A DNA stretch of 62,915 nt, filler included, from Candidatus Ancaeobacter aquaticus (GTDB lineage: Bacteria > Auribacterota > Ancaeobacteria > Ancaeobacterales > Ancaeobacteraceae): the NCBI GenBank assembly GCA_030765405.1. It is 4 parts of 4 records of this genome, joined end to end, with 100 filler letters (N's around TTAATTAATTAA, not from the genome) between each part and the next. Parts side by side here need not be neighbours in the genome. Positions count along the whole stretch, not along the records: positions 1 to 24,695 come from JAVCCP010000019.1; 3 more parts are not named here. The stretch is one strand, 5' to 3'. The notes below the pieces were generated by a model. That model ran no database searches, was not told the DNA's origin, and saw only the letters and a list, made by a program, of their open reading frames with translations. Every line of letters begins with the position of its first letter. Positions within the stretch are counted from its first letter, which is position 1. Shown one piece after another: positions 11,401 to 19,730 of this stretch. The translations under genes and the position numbers were made by a program.

Positions 11401-11708
11401 TTATTGGTTATACCAGAATTTAATAGCAGAGAATGCATAGTTGATATGTCAAAACCTGTTGAATTAAAAGTAATAATGCCATAACTAATTATACCTCCCC
11501 AATTATTATAGGGTGTTAAACGTGTAGATCCATCAAAAGTCAGGCCATCGTCACCCCAAGGAGCAGCATCACCCTCCCAGTTTTCAGGTGTTGAAAAATC
11601 ATTGTCGTCACCACCACCATCCCACGTGCGAACAGTATAGGCAGAAGCATTGAGGGATACCCCAAAGACAATAACGAAAATTCCAAATAAAATCTTAATC
11701 GGTTTCAC
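8418..11708 (-). CDS. PEP-CTERM surface protein with autotransporter-associated beta-strand repeats
   Basis: Signal peptide; many L.K.G.GTLTLSGANTYSGGTTI..GTL repeats; C-terminal IPEPSTYALFGIGLLGLIVGWMRKQRRKL. Confidence 0.92.
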   Translation of the reverse strand: MKPIKILFGIFVIVFGVSLNASAYTVRTWDGGGDDNDFSTPENWEGDAAPWGDDGLTFDGSTRLTPYNNWGGIISYGIITFNSTGFDISTMHSLLLNSGITNNAGLSNAFSANIGLQHHQSFTNNGTLLTFSGHVAIYDQTLTVTGSGATNMSAIIDYGHGGDLIKSGNGTLTISGACTYAGGTTISAGSLAYGAGGALDDDGAINVSGGILDISSYSDTVGDVTLTSGSIIGTSGKLTGNSYVVEDGTISAILAGEGALEKTSGGTVTLSGANEYSGGTTITTGTLVGMVATLQNRNITNNATLCFERDTTAEEYTHIISGTGIVEKEGDNTLTFSEASTYTGDTKINEGTLQCGANNVLSTSTDVVVEAGAVLDLNDHSDTIYSVSGAGNVTLGSGTLTTISSWESLEFSGVMSGTDGSFVKNANGTLTLTGENTYTGGTTVSNGTLVFGAHNVLANSSPVLVSGSSVVLDIDEYSDIVGAVTFEGGWHSEIKGTAGVLTGTSYEVQYGTVSAKLGGEGKLTKTTDHQVTLSGANTYTGGTEVSVGALTLGVDNVLANSGAVTISGGTLDIAGYSDIVAVVTLTSGEITGTDGVLTGTSYEVQSGSISAILAGEGALEKTTEESHVYLSGANTYSGGTTVSAGTLRGTTTSLQGDITNNANLWFDQGTDGTYSGVISSTGEVEKAGEGNVTLSGANTYGGGTTISNGILTGTTTSLQGNITNSATVCFNQSTTGTYSDVISASGALIKSGEGTVTLSGENTYYGGTTISAGTLKGTVATLQNQNITNNATLCFERDTTAELYSAVISGSGAVIKSGDNTLTFAGENIYSGGTTVSGGTLTGTPTSLQGDITNDATLCFINDGTYSDEISGSGALIKSDNGTVTFSGTNTYSGTTSINASTLSVTGSIANSATTINDGGKLIGSGTVFNLTVADGGTFSPGLSPGTLNAGPTIWQSGGTYLWEINDATGTEGDDPGYDWLNITGGLNITATSESKFNLDLSTMGTAADNFDNSQDYSWVIATASGGITGFSADKFDVDSTLFTNSLGVGNFSISQNVNDLSMNFNAIPEPSTYALFGIGLLGLIVGWMRKQRRKL

Positions 11709-12298
11709 CAGAAAATCTCCAATTACTCATTAGTAACTTATTATTCGAGTAAGGGGTAAAACCCCGCATTGAGAACTACCTGTAGCAGAAGTTTTGCTTT
11801 AATTCTTCTCGACTTTGCTCGAAGAATAAACTATTTTCATTTTTATTAGTGTCCATCAAAGTAGGACATATTCGTTTCATATAATATTTAAGTTTTTAAC
11901 TTCTTGCCAATAGGCATAAGCAAAAACATACAACTCCCCCTTTTCCCCACAAAGGAGAGGGGGTTGAAATATAAAAAGATTTTGCAAGCGATTACGTTTG
12001 CCATACAGGCTAATTTTCTAATATCTTTTATAATTCGTCAATAAAAAATTGTTTGAATGTTAGTAGTCCGCTTTTTGTAGTACTTGATTTGTCCGCTTTC
12101 TGTTTTTGTTAGTCGAAGTGTCCCCTTTAGGTGAATGAGAGATGATAACAGAAAAATTTAGGGGGGGGACGAGACATAACACAGGAAATCAAGGGGGGAG
12201 GGAGTGAGATTCTTTTCCAACAAAACAAGCTATCTCCGATATCTCAGAAACAGCTTGTTTGTTTTGCACATGTTATTGGTATTAATTTATCTAAAAGC

Positions 12299-12376
12299 TG
12301 GGGTGGATAAGGGGATTTGAACCCCCGGCCCCTTGAACCACAATCAAGCGCTCTAACCAGCTGAGCTATATCCACC
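12299..12376 (-). tRNA. tRNA-His(GTG)
   Basis: Cloverleaf with G-1, stem GTGGATA/TATCCAC, anticodon arm CTTGA-TTGTGGT-TCAAG, encoded CCA. Confidence 0.97.
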
Positions 12377-12396
12377 GTATGTCGTATATAATAATA

Positions 12397-12558
12397 TTAT
12401 TCAGTTTTATCAAATTGGCTTTTTGGTGCACCGCAAAGTGGACAAAGCCAATCTTCAGGTAATTGATCAAAAGATGTATTGGGAGCTATATTAGCGTTTG
12501 AATCACCTTCTGCTGGATCATATACGTAACCGCATACTGAACATATATATTTATCCAT
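12397..12558 (-). CDS. rubredoxin (53 aa, absent from supplied ORF track)
   Basis: Hand translation [19 protein letters not shown]...[21 protein letters not shown]; two CxxCG motifs. Confidence 0.95.
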   Translation of the reverse strand: MDKYICSVCGYVYDPAEGDSNANIAPNTSFDQLPEDWLCPLCGAPKSQFDKTE

Positions 12559-12570
12559 ACTTCATCTCCT

Positions 12571-12759
12571 CTATTTTATTTTTATCGCGTTCACCGGACA
12601 GCTTGATGCAGCTTCATTGGCCTTATTTTGCTGTTGCTTTGCGATCTTATCAACTTTTGATATTGCTTTACCATCGTCATCTAACGCAAATACAACCGGA
12701 CATATTTCTACACAGAGACCACAACAAATGCATATGTTTTTATCAATTATTGTTTTCAT
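12571..12759 (-). CDS. single-cluster ferredoxin
   Basis: CICCGLCVEICP...CPVNAI. Confidence 0.9.
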   Translation of the reverse strand: MKTIIDKNICICCGLCVEICPVVFALDDDGKAISKVDKIAKQQQNKANEAASSCPVNAIKIK

Positions 12760-12793
12760 TTGAGTCTCCTTTCTTCAGTAACAACTATCCTAT

Positions 12794-13288
12794 CTATTTG
12801 CCACTGAATTTCTTTAAGTAATACTCAATCTCAGCATTAGTTGCAAACTTAGGTTTATCACTGCTGTCTTGATCATCCACTTTTTTTCGCATCTCGGACG
12901 GCATCCTGCTTTTGTCCATGAGTTTTTTTAATTCATGTGGATCAATTACTTTTGCACCTAATCTCTTACAATACCTGCCAATATCTGTTTTATCTGTTGT
13001 TACGACTATTACTCTTTTTTTATTTTCTGCTCTCTCAACAATATCATTTATAATATCGTCAGCATCTATTTTAGGGGCACCATACATTACAACGATGCCA
13101 TGAAAATGACTTTTCTCATTGCCTAAAGTTTCTTGAGAACGATTATCGAATACTACTGTTATTTCAACGTTTTTCTTTCGGCGATATTCTACCAAAGCAA
13201 AAAGTAACTTCTCTCTACTTTGTCGGAGATGATTACCGCCTGTCTGAAATATATAATTATGACCATCTACAATAATATGGTTAGACAA
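12794..13288 (-). CDS. NYN domain protein (YacP/Rae1-like)
   Basis: IIVDGHN, VVFD, ADDII and VVTTD PIN/NYN motifs. Confidence 0.8.
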   Translation of the reverse strand: MSNHIIVDGHNYIFQTGGNHLRQSREKLLFALVEYRRKKNVEITVVFDNRSQETLGNEKSHFHGIVVMYGAPKIDADDIINDIVERAENKKRVIVVTTDKTDIGRYCKRLGAKVIDPHELKKLMDKSRMPSEMRKKVDDQDSSDKPKFATNAEIEYYLKKFSGK

Positions 13289-13305
13289 TTCTCAATAACT
13301 CTATG

Positions 13306-13602
13306 TTATGAAGATACAATCCTGTTTTTCCATTCTCTACCGACTTTGAAATGAACAATCTTTCTTTCAGGAATCGTTACCACTTCTTGCGGTTTGTTCG
13401 GATTACGGCCAAGACGTGACTTTCTAACTTTCACGCTAAAAACACCAAAATCTCTTAATTCAATTCTGTTGCTTTGCGCAAGATTCGATTTTAGCTTTTC
13501 GAGAAAAGCATCAATTATCTTCTTTGTTTCGATCTGAGTAAAGTCCATCTCTGCTGCAATCTGATCTGCTAACTGCTTCTTTGTTATTGTAGCCATAAAC
13601 AC
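13306..13602 (-). CDS. HU/IHF family DNA-binding protein
   Basis: TKKQLA...IELRDFGVFSVKVRKSRLGRNP...FKVG. Confidence 0.92.
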   Translation of the reverse strand: MFMATITKKQLADQIAAEMDFTQIETKKIIDAFLEKLKSNLAQSNRIELRDFGVFSVKVRKSRLGRNPNKPQEVVTIPERKIVHFKVGREWKNRIVSS

Positions 13603-13780
13603 CTCCGTACTTTGGCATATTTGTGTATCATACTATCATAAATAATCTTACAGATAAAGGATAATTTTATTTATCTGGTAATAAAGTAAAAATCAAGCCC
13701 CGCACCTGGATCCCCCCTCCGAGGATAACTCGACTAAAATAATCCACTACGCTATGCTTGTGTCTTTTGAGTCTCGTTTA

Positions 13781-13945
13781 GGAACGAACCCCATCCGGTG
13801 GTTCTCACCCTTCCAGTCACTTTGCACCTGGAGGGATAAAGTTTTCTTTCAGAAAACTATCCTTAAATATCGGGTAAACCATCTGGTCGGAACGAACCCC
13901 ATCCGGCGGTTCTCACCCTTCCAGTCACTTTGCGCCTGGAGGGAT
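13781..13945. repeat. two 57-bp direct repeats (period 108 bp) containing the tRNA-Arg 3' end
   Basis: 13781-13837 and 13889-13945 match at 55/57 positions; the second copy overlaps the tRNA. Confidence 0.9.
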
Positions 13946-14004
13946 TCGAACCCCCGGCCCACGGATTAGAAATCCGTTGCTCTATCCAACTGAGCTACAG
14001 GCGC
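13931..14004 (-). tRNA. tRNA-Arg(TCT)
   Basis: GCGCCTG/CAGGCGC acceptor stem; anticodon arm ACGGA-TTTCTAA-TCCGT; GGTTCGAATCC T-arm; CCA not encoded. Confidence 0.96.
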
Positions 14005-14077
14005 ATAACAGCTTTAAGCTATAACAAAAACAATAAACTAACTTATTTCTTACAGCTTACAGCTTATAGCTAGTATA

Positions 14078-14152
14078 TCGGGGTGAGTGGATTCGAACCA
14101 CCGACCCCCTGCTCCCAAGGCAGGTGCGCTATCCAAACTGCGCTACACCCCG
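14078..14152 (-). tRNA. tRNA-Pro(TGG)
   Basis: CGGGGTG/CACCCCG acceptor stem; anticodon arm CCTGC-CTTGGGA-GCAGG; CCA not encoded. Confidence 0.96.
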
Positions 14153-14293
14153 TAAAATCATATATATCAAAGACCATCGAGTAAATATTTTATAAGCCCT
14201 ATTGAGGCAGTGCGTTATATAATAACAAAAAAAATAATTGTGTCAATTGCTTTTAGAGATTTTTTATAGAAAGTTACTGCGGGATAATTTGCA

Positions 14294-14821
14294 TTAAAAT
14301 TCAATCCCTTTTTGTGCTTTTGTCCCTTTTTTGAATGCATGTTTTACTTCTTTCATCTCGGTAACAATATCAGCTTGATCAATGATCTTTTTCTTAGCAT
14401 CACGTCCGGTAAGCACTATGTGCATCTTCTTAGGTTTTTCCTTGATAAGGAGTAATACTTTTTCAATATTAATTAATCCATATGAAATTGCATAATTTAT
14501 TTCATCCAATATAATAAGATTGTATTTCCCTAAACGTGTATTTAATTTTACAAACTCGAATGCTTTAGCAACTTTTCTTTTTTCACGTTCAACTGCTTTG
14601 CTACTGTTCTTATCAAAAAAACCTCCTCCCATAGGGACAATGGTAAGCTGAGGAATAAGCTTCTGAGCAATTTTTAGTTCCCCGGTATTCTTTGATGATT
14701 TAATAAATTGAACAACAAGCACTTGCATTCCCTGTCCTATAGCACGTAATGCAAGGCCAAGTGCCGCTGTAGTTTTCCCCTTACCATTTCCCGTATGCAC
14801 AACAACTAAACCATTACTCAT
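14294..14821 (-). CDS. cobO: cob(I)yrinic acid a,c-diamide adenosyltransferase
   Basis: HTGNGKGKTTAALG, VVQFIK, ILDEI, LTGR motifs; start reassigned to ATG 14821, overlapping the upstream stop. Confidence 0.93.
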   Translation of the reverse strand: MSNGLVVVHTGNGKGKTTAALGLALRAIGQGMQVLVVQFIKSSKNTGELKIAQKLIPQLTIVPMGGGFFDKNSSKAVEREKRKVAKAFEFVKLNTRLGKYNLIILDEINYAISYGLINIEKVLLLIKEKPKKMHIVLTGRDAKKKIIDQADIVTEMKEVKHAFKKGTKAQKGIEF

Positions 14822-15569
14822 AGTGCCCCATATTTTTTCTTCGCGCTTCAGCTCGTTCAAATATATTCTTAAAGTTACCTTCTTTTTTATCTCGTAACTC
14901 TTTGAGAGAATCAATGTATTCTTTTATAATCCAAAAATATTTCTTGTGTGCTGTTTTAGCTAATGTTTTAAGCACACTTATTTTTTCTTCTAAAACGAAG
15001 TCAATACCTTGAATATCAATCCACTCCAGATAAACAGTAAAGTCTGCGTATCCATCAGCTTTTTTTAATTCATTTACGGGAAGTTTCTTGTATATCCTTT
15101 GGGTTCTTTTAATTACTCTTTGATTCTTTGCGCCCTTTATATTTGTATTATATGTCTTTGACCCGGCATACTGCGTTAGATACGGCACTTTCAGTAAACC
15201 TAATAATCTTTTCTCCGTTTCTAATTCTGATAATTGAATGTGCGGTTTGTTGCCATGTGCAATCTCCGGTATCTTCAAAGGCGAAGTAAGATCCGTCTTT
15301 TTTATCCAGCCATAAAACTCACTTTTTTCACTCCACAACCGCACCCTAATAGAATCCTCTGTATCCTCAAGAACACAGTATTGCGCCCCATAATAGAGAT
15401 ATCCAATCGGCGTATTACCTTGATATATCGGAACTTTTTTCACACTAACAGTATGAAGCGGATATTGAGTTTTTTCAGGATAGCATTGTGATGAATGAAA
15501 ACCAATCAGGCATATTACACATACCATGAGAACAGGTTTAATGTTCATGCGCGTCTTCCTTCTTAACAT
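14814..15569 (-). CDS. exported hypothetical protein with possible SH3-like domain
   Basis: Signal-peptide-like N-terminus (likely start 15548); YGAQYCVLEDTEDSIRVRLWSE...YGWIKKTDL resembles bacterial SH3. Confidence 0.55.
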   Translation of the reverse strand: MLRRKTRMNIKPVLMVCVICLIGFHSSQCYPEKTQYPLHTVSVKKVPIYQGNTPIGYLYYGAQYCVLEDTEDSIRVRLWSEKSEFYGWIKKTDLTSPLKIPEIAHGNKPHIQLSELETEKRLLGLLKVPYLTQYAGSKTYNTNIKGAKNQRVIKRTQRIYKKLPVNELKKADGYADFTVYLEWIDIQGIDFVLEEKISVLKTLAKTAHKKYFWIIKEYIDSLKELRDKKEGNFKNIFERAEARRKNMGHYE

Positions 15570-16611
15570 AGCCTCTTCCTATTCCAATAACAATTAATGC
15601 ACATAAAATAATCGAACACACAACCCGAAAACTATGAGGAATGCATTCAGCATGTTTCCCTAGTTGTGTGACAACATGCATATCAAAATATGAATATATA
15701 AAATTAAGCGCTAACCCCATTAATAGGCTTGTCACGGCAATTGACAAAAGATATATCACCGCACTTTTCTTTCCGATATATTTCCATACAACGGTAAGTG
15801 TTGCCAGATTTGTTGCCGGTCCTGATAAAAGAAACACTAAAGCGGCTCCCGGACTGACACCGACAACAATTAAACTTGCGGCAATCGGTGTTGTTGCAGA
15901 TGCACAGATATAAAGCGGTATTCCCGCTATAAGCATAATTATCATCTCAAGAAATCCCTGCCCAATAAAACGTGTGAAAAACCCTTCCGGGATAATCGCT
16001 GTTATCATTCCCGCAGCTATAATGCCAATAAACAGCCATTTACCAATATCACCTAAAAACTCTATATATCCATACTCAAAAATCCTCCATATTTTTCTGA
16101 GCGGTGAGTGACTATGGCCTGGCTTTTCGTTTTCATTACAGATACGACATACATCTTCGGTCACTTTTATTTCTTCCTCTTTTTCTTTTCTACTGAAAAA
16201 ATTTTCCGCTATGCCACAGGTCATCGCTGTAACAAATGCTGCAACAGGCCTAAAAATGGTAAAAAGCGGATCGAGAAGAGAGTACGTAATAGCGATGGAA
16301 TCAACACCTGTTTCCGGCGTTGACACCAAGAATGATAATGTTGCACCCTTTGATGCACCATGTTTTCGAAGTGAAAGGGCGGCAGGGATTACTCCACATG
16401 AGCACAATGGCAGCGGAATTCCCCACAAAGCAGCTTTAGTAACAGAACTGGTGGTTTTCTTCCCTATTGATTTGCCGATCTTATTAGTAGGCACATACAC
16501 ATGTATAATGCCCGCAAAAAAAAGGCCTAAGAGCAAAAACGGCGACATACTATTAAATATTTCCGCCGTATCCATAACAACTTTATGTAAAAACGTTACT
16601 ATTTCTTCCAT
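15538..16611 (-). CDS. permease, ArsP/DUF318 (SO_0444-like metal transporter) family
   Basis: PLPLCSCGVIP, FLVSTPETGVDS, PLYICASATTP and FLLSGPATN motifs; His-containing loop. Confidence 0.85.
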   Translation of the reverse strand: MEEIVTFLHKVVMDTAEIFNSMSPFLLLGLFFAGIIHVYVPTNKIGKSIGKKTTSSVTKAALWGIPLPLCSCGVIPAALSLRKHGASKGATLSFLVSTPETGVDSIAITYSLLDPLFTIFRPVAAFVTAMTCGIAENFFSRKEKEEEIKVTEDVCRICNENEKPGHSHSPLRKIWRIFEYGYIEFLGDIGKWLFIGIIAAGMITAIIPEGFFTRFIGQGFLEMIIMLIAGIPLYICASATTPIAASLIVVGVSPGAALVFLLSGPATNLATLTVVWKYIGKKSAVIYLLSIAVTSLLMGLALNFIYSYFDMHVVTQLGKHAECIPHSFRVVCSIILCALIVIGIGRGYVKKEDAHEH

Positions 16612-16670
16612 ACGCTTTGTCCTTAAGCACAACTATAGTACAAAACCTCATTTTTGTTCAATACAAATAC

Positions 16671-17429
16671 TTAGGAGAGTATATGTGCGGCAAATAAAAA
16701 GAGTACCATAAGTTCTGTAATTTCAGATATAAAACCTATTACATCACCGGTAATACCGCCAATTTTTCTGTATGATACAACAAGAAACAACGTCACCGTC
16801 AAGAGGACAAAAAAGAGACATACAAATAATTGTAATTGTAGAAAAATAACGCCTGCGACAAGCATCCATAGCGATGCAATTATAAGATCTGCAAGGGTAA
16901 GTGATTCAACAAATGATTTCCCTGTCCCTTTTTCGCTACGCGCATAATTTAATGCATATGATGATAACACCATAGCCCACCTACCCATTAGAGGCATCAT
17001 AATAAGCGCATAGTTTTTAGAATAACTGCACAGAGCATTCAATAGCTCATATTTAGCTATAAGAAGTAGTACTATACCTATAACACCAAATGCACCAACC
17101 CTACTGTCTTTCATTATGGAAAGAATCTTCTCTCTTGATCGTGAACTCATAAAACCATCTATCGTATCTGAAAACCCATCAAGATGTAGCGCTCCGGTTA
17201 AAAGTACGAGTATTCCTATAAGAAAAAGATTCACAAGCCGTACTGGCAAAAACAGCGTAAGAACGTAATTACAGACAACTAACACAGCACCAATAAAAAT
17301 GCCGACAAGAGGAAAATAACGCATTGATCGGGCAAGATCATCATCTTTTAAGGAAGCGCCCGGGAGAGATATTCTGGTAAGAAACTGTAAGGCACCTACC
17401 ATATACTTAAGAGTTTTCAATGGTTTCAT
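16671..17429 (-). CDS. cobS: adenosylcobinamide-GDP ribazoletransferase (cobalamin synthase)
   Basis: ALQFLTRI, TGALHLDGFSDTIDG, MKDSRVGAFG and GGITGDVIG motifs. Confidence 0.95.
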   Translation of the reverse strand: MKPLKTLKYMVGALQFLTRISLPGASLKDDDLARSMRYFPLVGIFIGAVLVVCNYVLTLFLPVRLVNLFLIGILVLLTGALHLDGFSDTIDGFMSSRSREKILSIMKDSRVGAFGVIGIVLLLIAKYELLNALCSYSKNYALIMMPLMGRWAMVLSSYALNYARSEKGTGKSFVESLTLADLIIASLWMLVAGVIFLQLQLFVCLFFVLLTVTLFLVVSYRKIGGITGDVIGFISEITELMVLFLFAAHILS

Positions 17430-17442
17430 TCTCCATTTTTCA

Positions 17443-18501
17443 TTAGTGATCGCGACCACTTACTCCTGCATCACCAAATGTGGCCATATCATTTAATATT
17501 TTTGTCGCAGCATCTACAATACCCATTGAAAGTGCTGCTCCTGTCCCTTCTCCAAGCCGCATATCAAAATCAAGAATAGGTTCAAGACCCATATCTTTTA
17601 TTATTTTTGACTGCCCGATCTCCACCGACTTGTGTGCAGCAAATATATAATCTTTGACCATAGGACATAATTTAAAGGCAATATAGGCGCCAGCGGCAGA
17701 AATCAGACCGTCAACCATAACTGGTATCTTGAGTGACGCCGCGCCAAGCACTACTCCCGCAATGCCTCCTATTTCAAAACCACCAACTTTTGCAAGTACA
17801 TCTAAGGGATCATCTCTATCAGGACTGTTTACAGATATTCCTTTTTCAATAACTCGTATTTTATTTTTCAGTGCATCATCATCTATACCTGTCCCCCTAC
17901 CTGTTACCTGCTCAACCGGACAATTCAAAAACACTGCTGCAATCGCACTTGATGGTGTCGTATTTCCTATACCCATATCTCCAGTCCCAACAATATCTAA
18001 ACCATTTTGTTTTAACTCGTATACAACTTCAATCCCTCTTTCGATTGATTGCACCGCTTCATCTTTACTCATTGCCGGGCCTTCAGTAAAATTCTTTGTC
18101 CCATAGGCAACCTTTTTGTTGATTATCGCCAGCGATGTATCAAAGTCGGTATTAACACCCATGTCTACAACCTTAACATCAGCACCAACATGACGAGCAA
18201 GTACATTGATTGCCGCTCCGCCACTAACAAAGTTATATACCATTTGGGGAGTTACTTCCTGAGGAAATGCGCTTACACCTTCAACGACAACACCATGGTC
18301 ACCGGCCATAGTAACAATCACCTTGTTTTCTAATCGTGGCTGCTCATTTTCAGTAATAGCAACAATTTTTTTAGCAATATCCTCAAGCAGCCCTAAACTT
18401 CCCTGAGGTTTTGTTAATGAATCTAATCGTTTTTGAGCGCTATCCAAAAACGACTGTTTAACTGGTGCTATTGATGCAATTGTTTTTGTAATTAATTCCA
18501 T
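17443..18501 (-). CDS. cobT: nicotinate-nucleotide:dimethylbenzimidazole phosphoribosyltransferase
   Basis: LTKPQGSLG, MAGDHGV, GDMGIGNTT, GGFEIGG and MRLGEGTGA motifs. Confidence 0.96.
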   Translation of the reverse strand: MELITKTIASIAPVKQSFLDSAQKRLDSLTKPQGSLGLLEDIAKKIVAITENEQPRLENKVIVTMAGDHGVVVEGVSAFPQEVTPQMVYNFVSGGAAINVLARHVGADVKVVDMGVNTDFDTSLAIINKKVAYGTKNFTEGPAMSKDEAVQSIERGIEVVYELKQNGLDIVGTGDMGIGNTTPSSAIAAVFLNCPVEQVTGRGTGIDDDALKNKIRVIEKGISVNSPDRDDPLDVLAKVGGFEIGGIAGVVLGAASLKIPVMVDGLISAAGAYIAFKLCPMVKDYIFAAHKSVEIGQSKIIKDMGLEPILDFDMRLGEGTGAALSMGIVDAATKILNDMATFGDAGVSGRDH

Positions 18502-18545
18502 GATAGTTCATCTCCTTTTATATCATTGCTATATGGGATACAAAC

Positions 18546-18574
18546 AGATTGCTTCGCTAACGCTCGCAATGACA
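18546..18574. repeat. REP-like palindrome (GATTGCTTCG...CTCGCAATGAC type)
   Basis: AGATTGCTTCGCTAACGCTCGCAATGACA; related copy at 57782-57815. Confidence 0.55.
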
Positions 18575-18576
18575 GG

Positions 18577-19098
18577 TTATTTAATCTTTTGGGGAATACC
18601 CGCTATCATAAAATAGACCGCTTGTGCTTCACTGGCAAGAATTTGATTTACACGGCCAAGAATATCCCTAAACTCTCTTCCCATTTTATAAGGGGGAACC
18701 AAACCCAGCCCTACCTCATTTGAAACAATAATAACGGTATGTTTTTTAATCGATTTTATAGATTTGGTGATTTTTTTTATTTCCTTTTCAGGATAAACCT
18801 TACTTTTCTTAGGTGCAAGCATACAGTTAGAAACCCAACCACCGATACAGTCAATGATCGAGGCATCGTATTTTGAAAGGTGTTTGATTGCCGTACTATT
18901 AAGATCTATTTTTTCTTCAAAAGTATCCCAGCTAGAAGGTCTTTCATCTTTATGTTTCTTTATACGCTGACGCATTTCAGCGTCACATGCGACACCCGTC
19001 GCAATATAAGCCACTTTCCTGTGCTTTTTCGCTTGCTGTAAAGCGAAAGTACTTTTACCACTCCGAGCACCGCCAAGGACAAAAATAATCTTAGCCAT
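18577..19098 (-). CDS. cobU: bifunctional adenosylcobinamide kinase / phosphate guanylyltransferase
   Basis: GGARSGKS, YIATG, EM..RI..H..ERP, VSNEVGLG and FRDILG.VNQ motifs. Confidence 0.96.
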   Translation of the reverse strand: MAKIIFVLGGARSGKSTFALQQAKKHRKVAYIATGVACDAEMRQRIKKHKDERPSSWDTFEEKIDLNSTAIKHLSKYDASIIDCIGGWVSNCMLAPKKSKVYPEKEIKKITKSIKSIKKHTVIIVSNEVGLGLVPPYKMGREFRDILGRVNQILASEAQAVYFMIAGIPQKIK

Positions 19099-19100
19099 TT

Positions 19101-19694
19101 TTAGACCACCATATTCATTTGTTTTACCATGCTAAATCCATCAACTTTTTCAATAATCGAAAGTGACGCTGTATCAATGCTCATATGCCAAAAATCCTGC
19201 ATTGAAACATTCAGCACATTACATAATACCACACGTATCGGTCCGCCATGAGATACGACAAGAATATTTCCGTTCTTATGCCGTTTTGTTATACGTTCCA
19301 TTTCTTGCGTAATTCTTTTCTGCATACTTTTGGTTGATTCGCCCCCCGGCATAGTGAAATTTGGAAGATCTCTAAACCATTTATCAAACAAAAATCCATC
19401 ATTAGACTGCATCTCTTCAAATGTCATTCCTTCCCATCTTCCAAAATCAATTTCTCGTAACCCACGAGTTGTTTTTAATGTTGTTTTTTTATTTTTCAGT
19501 ATTATTTTTGCGGTATGAACACACCGTTTCAGGTTGCTTGAATAAGCTGCAGAAAAATCAATTTTATCAAGTTTCTTAGCAAGTCTCTTTACCTGTGCAA
19601 CACCTTTTTTATCGAGATTAACGTCCGTAATACCATGATACTTCTTAATAACCGTACCAACCGTTTCACCATGTCTAACTAAATATAATCTCAT
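19101..19694 (-). CDS. cobC: alpha-ribazole phosphatase (histidine phosphatase family)
   Basis: LVRHGET, EIDFGRWEG and VSHGG motifs; adjacent to cobU. Confidence 0.85.
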   Translation of the reverse strand: MRLYLVRHGETVGTVIKKYHGITDVNLDKKGVAQVKRLAKKLDKIDFSAAYSSNLKRCVHTAKIILKNKKTTLKTTRGLREIDFGRWEGMTFEEMQSNDGFLFDKWFRDLPNFTMPGGESTKSMQKRITQEMERITKRHKNGNILVVSHGGPIRVVLCNVLNVSMQDFWHMSIDTASLSIIEKVDGFSMVKQMNMVV

Positions 19695-19730
19695 TTTATT
19701 CTCCTTAAAAAAAAGGGACAATCCCCTTTT

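Noticed and set aside
8418..11708. Classical type V autotransporter
   Set aside because: It has passenger-type repeats but ends in PEP-CTERM, with no beta-barrel.
11900..12130. sigma54 promoter or c-di-GMP riboswitch upstream of the PEP-CTERM gene
   Set aside because: TGGCAAAC...GC spacing is 11 rather than 10 nt and there is no GAAA-capped P2 stem; the GTCCGCTTT direct repeat (about 12066 and 12088) alone is too weak to call.
13781..13945. CRISPR array
   Set aside because: Only two 57-bp copies, overlapping a tRNA, and no cas genes; the heptamer arrays elsewhere have no spacers.
18502..18576. Cobalamin riboswitch between cobU and cobT
   Set aside because: Only 75 nt, occupied by a REP-like palindrome and the RBS; no B12-box.
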